In this document: positions 61,501 through 64,000 of the stretch, piece after piece
Layout: every line of letters starts with the position of its first letter
How positions within the stretch are numbered: the first letter of the stretch is position 1
NCBI RefSeq assembly: GCF_964204645.1
Contig: NC_134031.1
Coordinates: 20,405,910 to 20,469,909, forward strand
Reading direction: 5' to 3'
From: Tubulanus polymorphus
Lineage: Eukaryota > Animalia > Nemertea
Length of the DNA: 64,000 nucleotides
Position numbers and translations under genes: made by a program
The notes under the pieces: model-generated
Seen by the model: the letters and a program-made list of their open reading frames with translations, nothing else
What the model was told of the DNA's origin: nothing
The model's database searches: none

Positions 61501-63947
61501 GTTATAAAAGAATCACCAGAATCTGGACTTGAAAAGGGATTATATGACATTTATATGACATGATTTTATTTTCATATATGAATAATTTTTCCAAGATTTA
61601 TGATAACCAGTGACATCAATAGGATATATAAATGTTGCATGAAATGTTCTGTTAAGACATAAACACTCTGAGGGTAAAAAAAGAATATCTAATTGTGTCT
61701 CAATATTTCTAATGCATTCATCATTCAGAGATTGGTTTATCAGGTAAGGTTATTGTATGTTATGCATGTACGTAATAACTCTTCCTCTACGATTTTAATT
61801 TTACAATAGTATGCTTTAAGATTGAGCGATTCCTGGAACTCGATTTCTTTTATGTTCTCTTATTTGCGAAGGCTTGTCCACACCTCTAGAAGTTGTCAGT
61901 TGACTTAGTTAGTCCGTCCCTACTGCATGCAGATGTTTTTGCTTTTTTTCGTGTCAGCAGAGCTGTTCTAACTACTGAATTTCATTTCTACCCTTTTACC
62001 GTGGGGGGGGGGACCGTTCTGACCAGTAATTGTATACAGAAATTTGAACAATTTGATCAATCCGTTGCGGTTGTAAGTAAACTCAAGTCGAAAAGGTTCC
62101 TGACTAGAAAATGGCACGATCTGATCGGATCTTAGATGACCTGAGTTAGAGCACATGAGTTTCACTGTACTGTTCTCATTCGATATTCTTTGCAGGCGCG
62201 AGTTTGAAGATAATTCAGTTGCTGCAGCATTTCGAACATCTGACATCACCTCTCGCACAAGCCGTCGAAATGTTCGTCAATGAATACGGATCTAAGGCAA
62301 TCGTGGGTGAAATAATGAGGTAATCATCATTTGTAAAACTCGTCGATTCCTTGAATCCTCTTTAATTTTGAGAAATTACTCTAACTCTTAGAAACTCCTT
62401 AAATTTTGGGAAAGTCTTTTGAAAATTTTCAAAAATAAATGTCCATGTTTTTCGTGAAAGGTTTGCTCGTTAACTGCTGCGGAACATTTAAGAAAGTAAA
62501 CAAGCAAAAATCAACCATCTTTCTTTTTTAAAGGGAAATAGGTCGAATGGATGCTCGTGATTTAGTACGTGATAATACTGCTACTCACGCGTTTTCCCTC
62601 TTCCTCACCGAGTTGGCCGAAAAAATTCCACACGTGATGCTGCCAAATTTGAGCGTGCTCGTTCATTTCCTCGACGACGAGGTAGGAATATCTAGGGAGA
62701 TAAATGACTGGTTCATTGTTACGGATTTAGGCGAGGGGGTTATTATTATGAAGGACCAGGAAGGGATGATTGATACACAGTTACAGATGTAGTCTTGGGG
62801 GTAAAAATACCAATGTCACTTCTCTCTAGAGAGAGATGACTGATACACAGTAACCGATATAGGCAATTGGTAAATATATCAATATTGCTTGGTGCCTGAA
62901 CTTTTATGATGCTCAAGGATAACAGAATTAATCATTTAACGATGATGATCTTTTCGCTTGATTTGAGGAGGATTGTCAAACAAAAATGCTTGGCAAAAAT
63001 TAAATGGTGATTGAATTAAATTGAACTATTAAAGCGAAATGGTTTTTTCTTACAGCCGTATACAATGCGAAATTGTGTATTGACTATGATGGGTGATATT
63101 CTAATAATTACATTGAGCGGTGAAAACTTGGACGAAAAACAGAAATCAACTCGAGATAGTTTCCTCGATCAGCTAGAAGTAAGTACGTAGCACGAGCAAT
63201 TAACCATCGTTCGAAGAAACGTTTTTAATATTTTTGTTTTTTTCATTAGGAACATATTCACGATGTACACGCATTCGTCAGGGCTAAAGTTATACAAGTT
63301 TGGCTGCGCATTGTTGAAAATAAGGTAAACAACAATAGGACAAATGTGGCAATTAAGTGTTTTTGGATTTAAACGGGTTTGGATTAAATGGTTTTGGATT
63401 AAACAGGTTTGACCGTGAACTGCTAATTTTCCACTCTCGTTTCAACTCACTATATCGAACGTGTTATTTTAGGCGTTACCCCTGACCCGTCAAGAGGACG
63501 TCGTTGATATGATAATCGGTCGTCTGGAAGATACGTCGAGTCAAGTTCGTAAATACGCGATACAGTTCGTTCGTACTTTACTAGAGAGTAACCCATTCGC
63601 GGCGAAGGTATGAAATAATAGATATTTACAATCAAATTCAATAACAAGTTCACTGCTAAATACGAGATATCCTGGTACAAGGCATCATGTAACTGATCCT
63701 TCTTATTCACTATTCAATATTATACAATGAGAAATTTTCTTATCCTTCAAGTGTTAATCCTAGATAATATAGTTATAGATGTAAAAACTTGTTCAATGCG
63801 ATGATGTTTTGCAATTCAAGTAAACAATGTTTCGTGCATTTTCCTATATTTTCAGTTGTCCCTTGAGGAACTAAAAGAAAATTACGAAAAAGAAAAGGCG
63901 AAATTGAAGGAAATGGTTCCTGACCGAAATAGCGATGTATTCACAGG
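58518..63947 (+). CDS. NCAPD2: Condensin complex subunit 1 (CAP-D2), 5' part; the gene continues beyond the window
   Basis: MTYEFLVPSSRDDLL, HLNAVKMHCYLLCQ, IHRLWEPPVVEEEFI, LKIIQLLQHFEHL, REIGRMD, PYTMRNCVL, EHIHDVHAFVRAKVIQVW and GRLEDTSSQVRKYAIQ, joined by in-frame GT-AG introns. Confidence 0.93.
60459..60652 (+). mobile_element. Hairpin retroelement with a perfect 49-bp inverted repeat and a 12-bp TSD
   Basis: Arms 60458-60506 and 60565-60613 are exact reverse complements. TGATGAGGAAAA is repeated at 60447-60458 and 60653-60664. The tail ACACGGATATTGTGT is shared with the 2185 element. Confidence 0.8.
60510..60555 (+). ncRNA. Minimal type I hammerhead ribozyme motif
   Basis: Stem I TTATTC/GAATAA; core CTGAAGA(+T); stem II GACTAT/ATAGTC; GAAAC; palindromic ACGT stem III; GTT cleavage triplet. 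Confidence 0.7.
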
Positions 63948-64000
63948 TAAAAAGCAGTTACAAAATAAATATTCAGTATCTTTATTTGTTGAATATTTCG

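Overview
Gene-dense, AT-rich eukaryotic genomic DNA with GT-AG introns. It is probably a marine protostome/lophotrochozoan invertebrate; this is inferred from TCAGT initiators, the GPCR type and the antistasin gene. Reconstructed genes: a complete PNPLA6/7 (NTE/swiss cheese) gene (-, 38-17658) with an intronless GPCR nested on the same strand in one intron; two more intronless GPCRs and a GPCR pseudogene fragment; a 4-exon secreted antistasin-type protease-inhibitor gene missed by the ORF track (-, 23279-24096); an SLC16/MCT transporter; a complete P5B-ATPase polyamine transporter, ATP13A3-like (-, 31651-47491); a POM121-like FG nucleoporin (-, 48680-56862); and the 5' part of condensin subunit NCAPD2 (+, from 58518). 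Introns contain Harbinger-type MITEs with CWG target duplications, hAT-like MITEs, tRNA-derived repeats, minisatellites and a family of hairpin elements carrying minimal hammerhead-ribozyme motifs. Top leads: (1) a uORF ending D-I-S-stop, like the polyamine-sensing MAGDIS peptide, 25 nt ahead of the polyamine transporter start codon; (2) an apparently intact hammerhead ribozyme in a TSD-flanked hairpin retroelement, in the sense strand of an NCAPD2 intron; (3) an invertebrate POM121 that seems to have a Nup153-like amphipathic helix instead of a transmembrane anchor; (4) the hidden antistasin gene. Exon boundaries were read by hand and may be off by a few bases.
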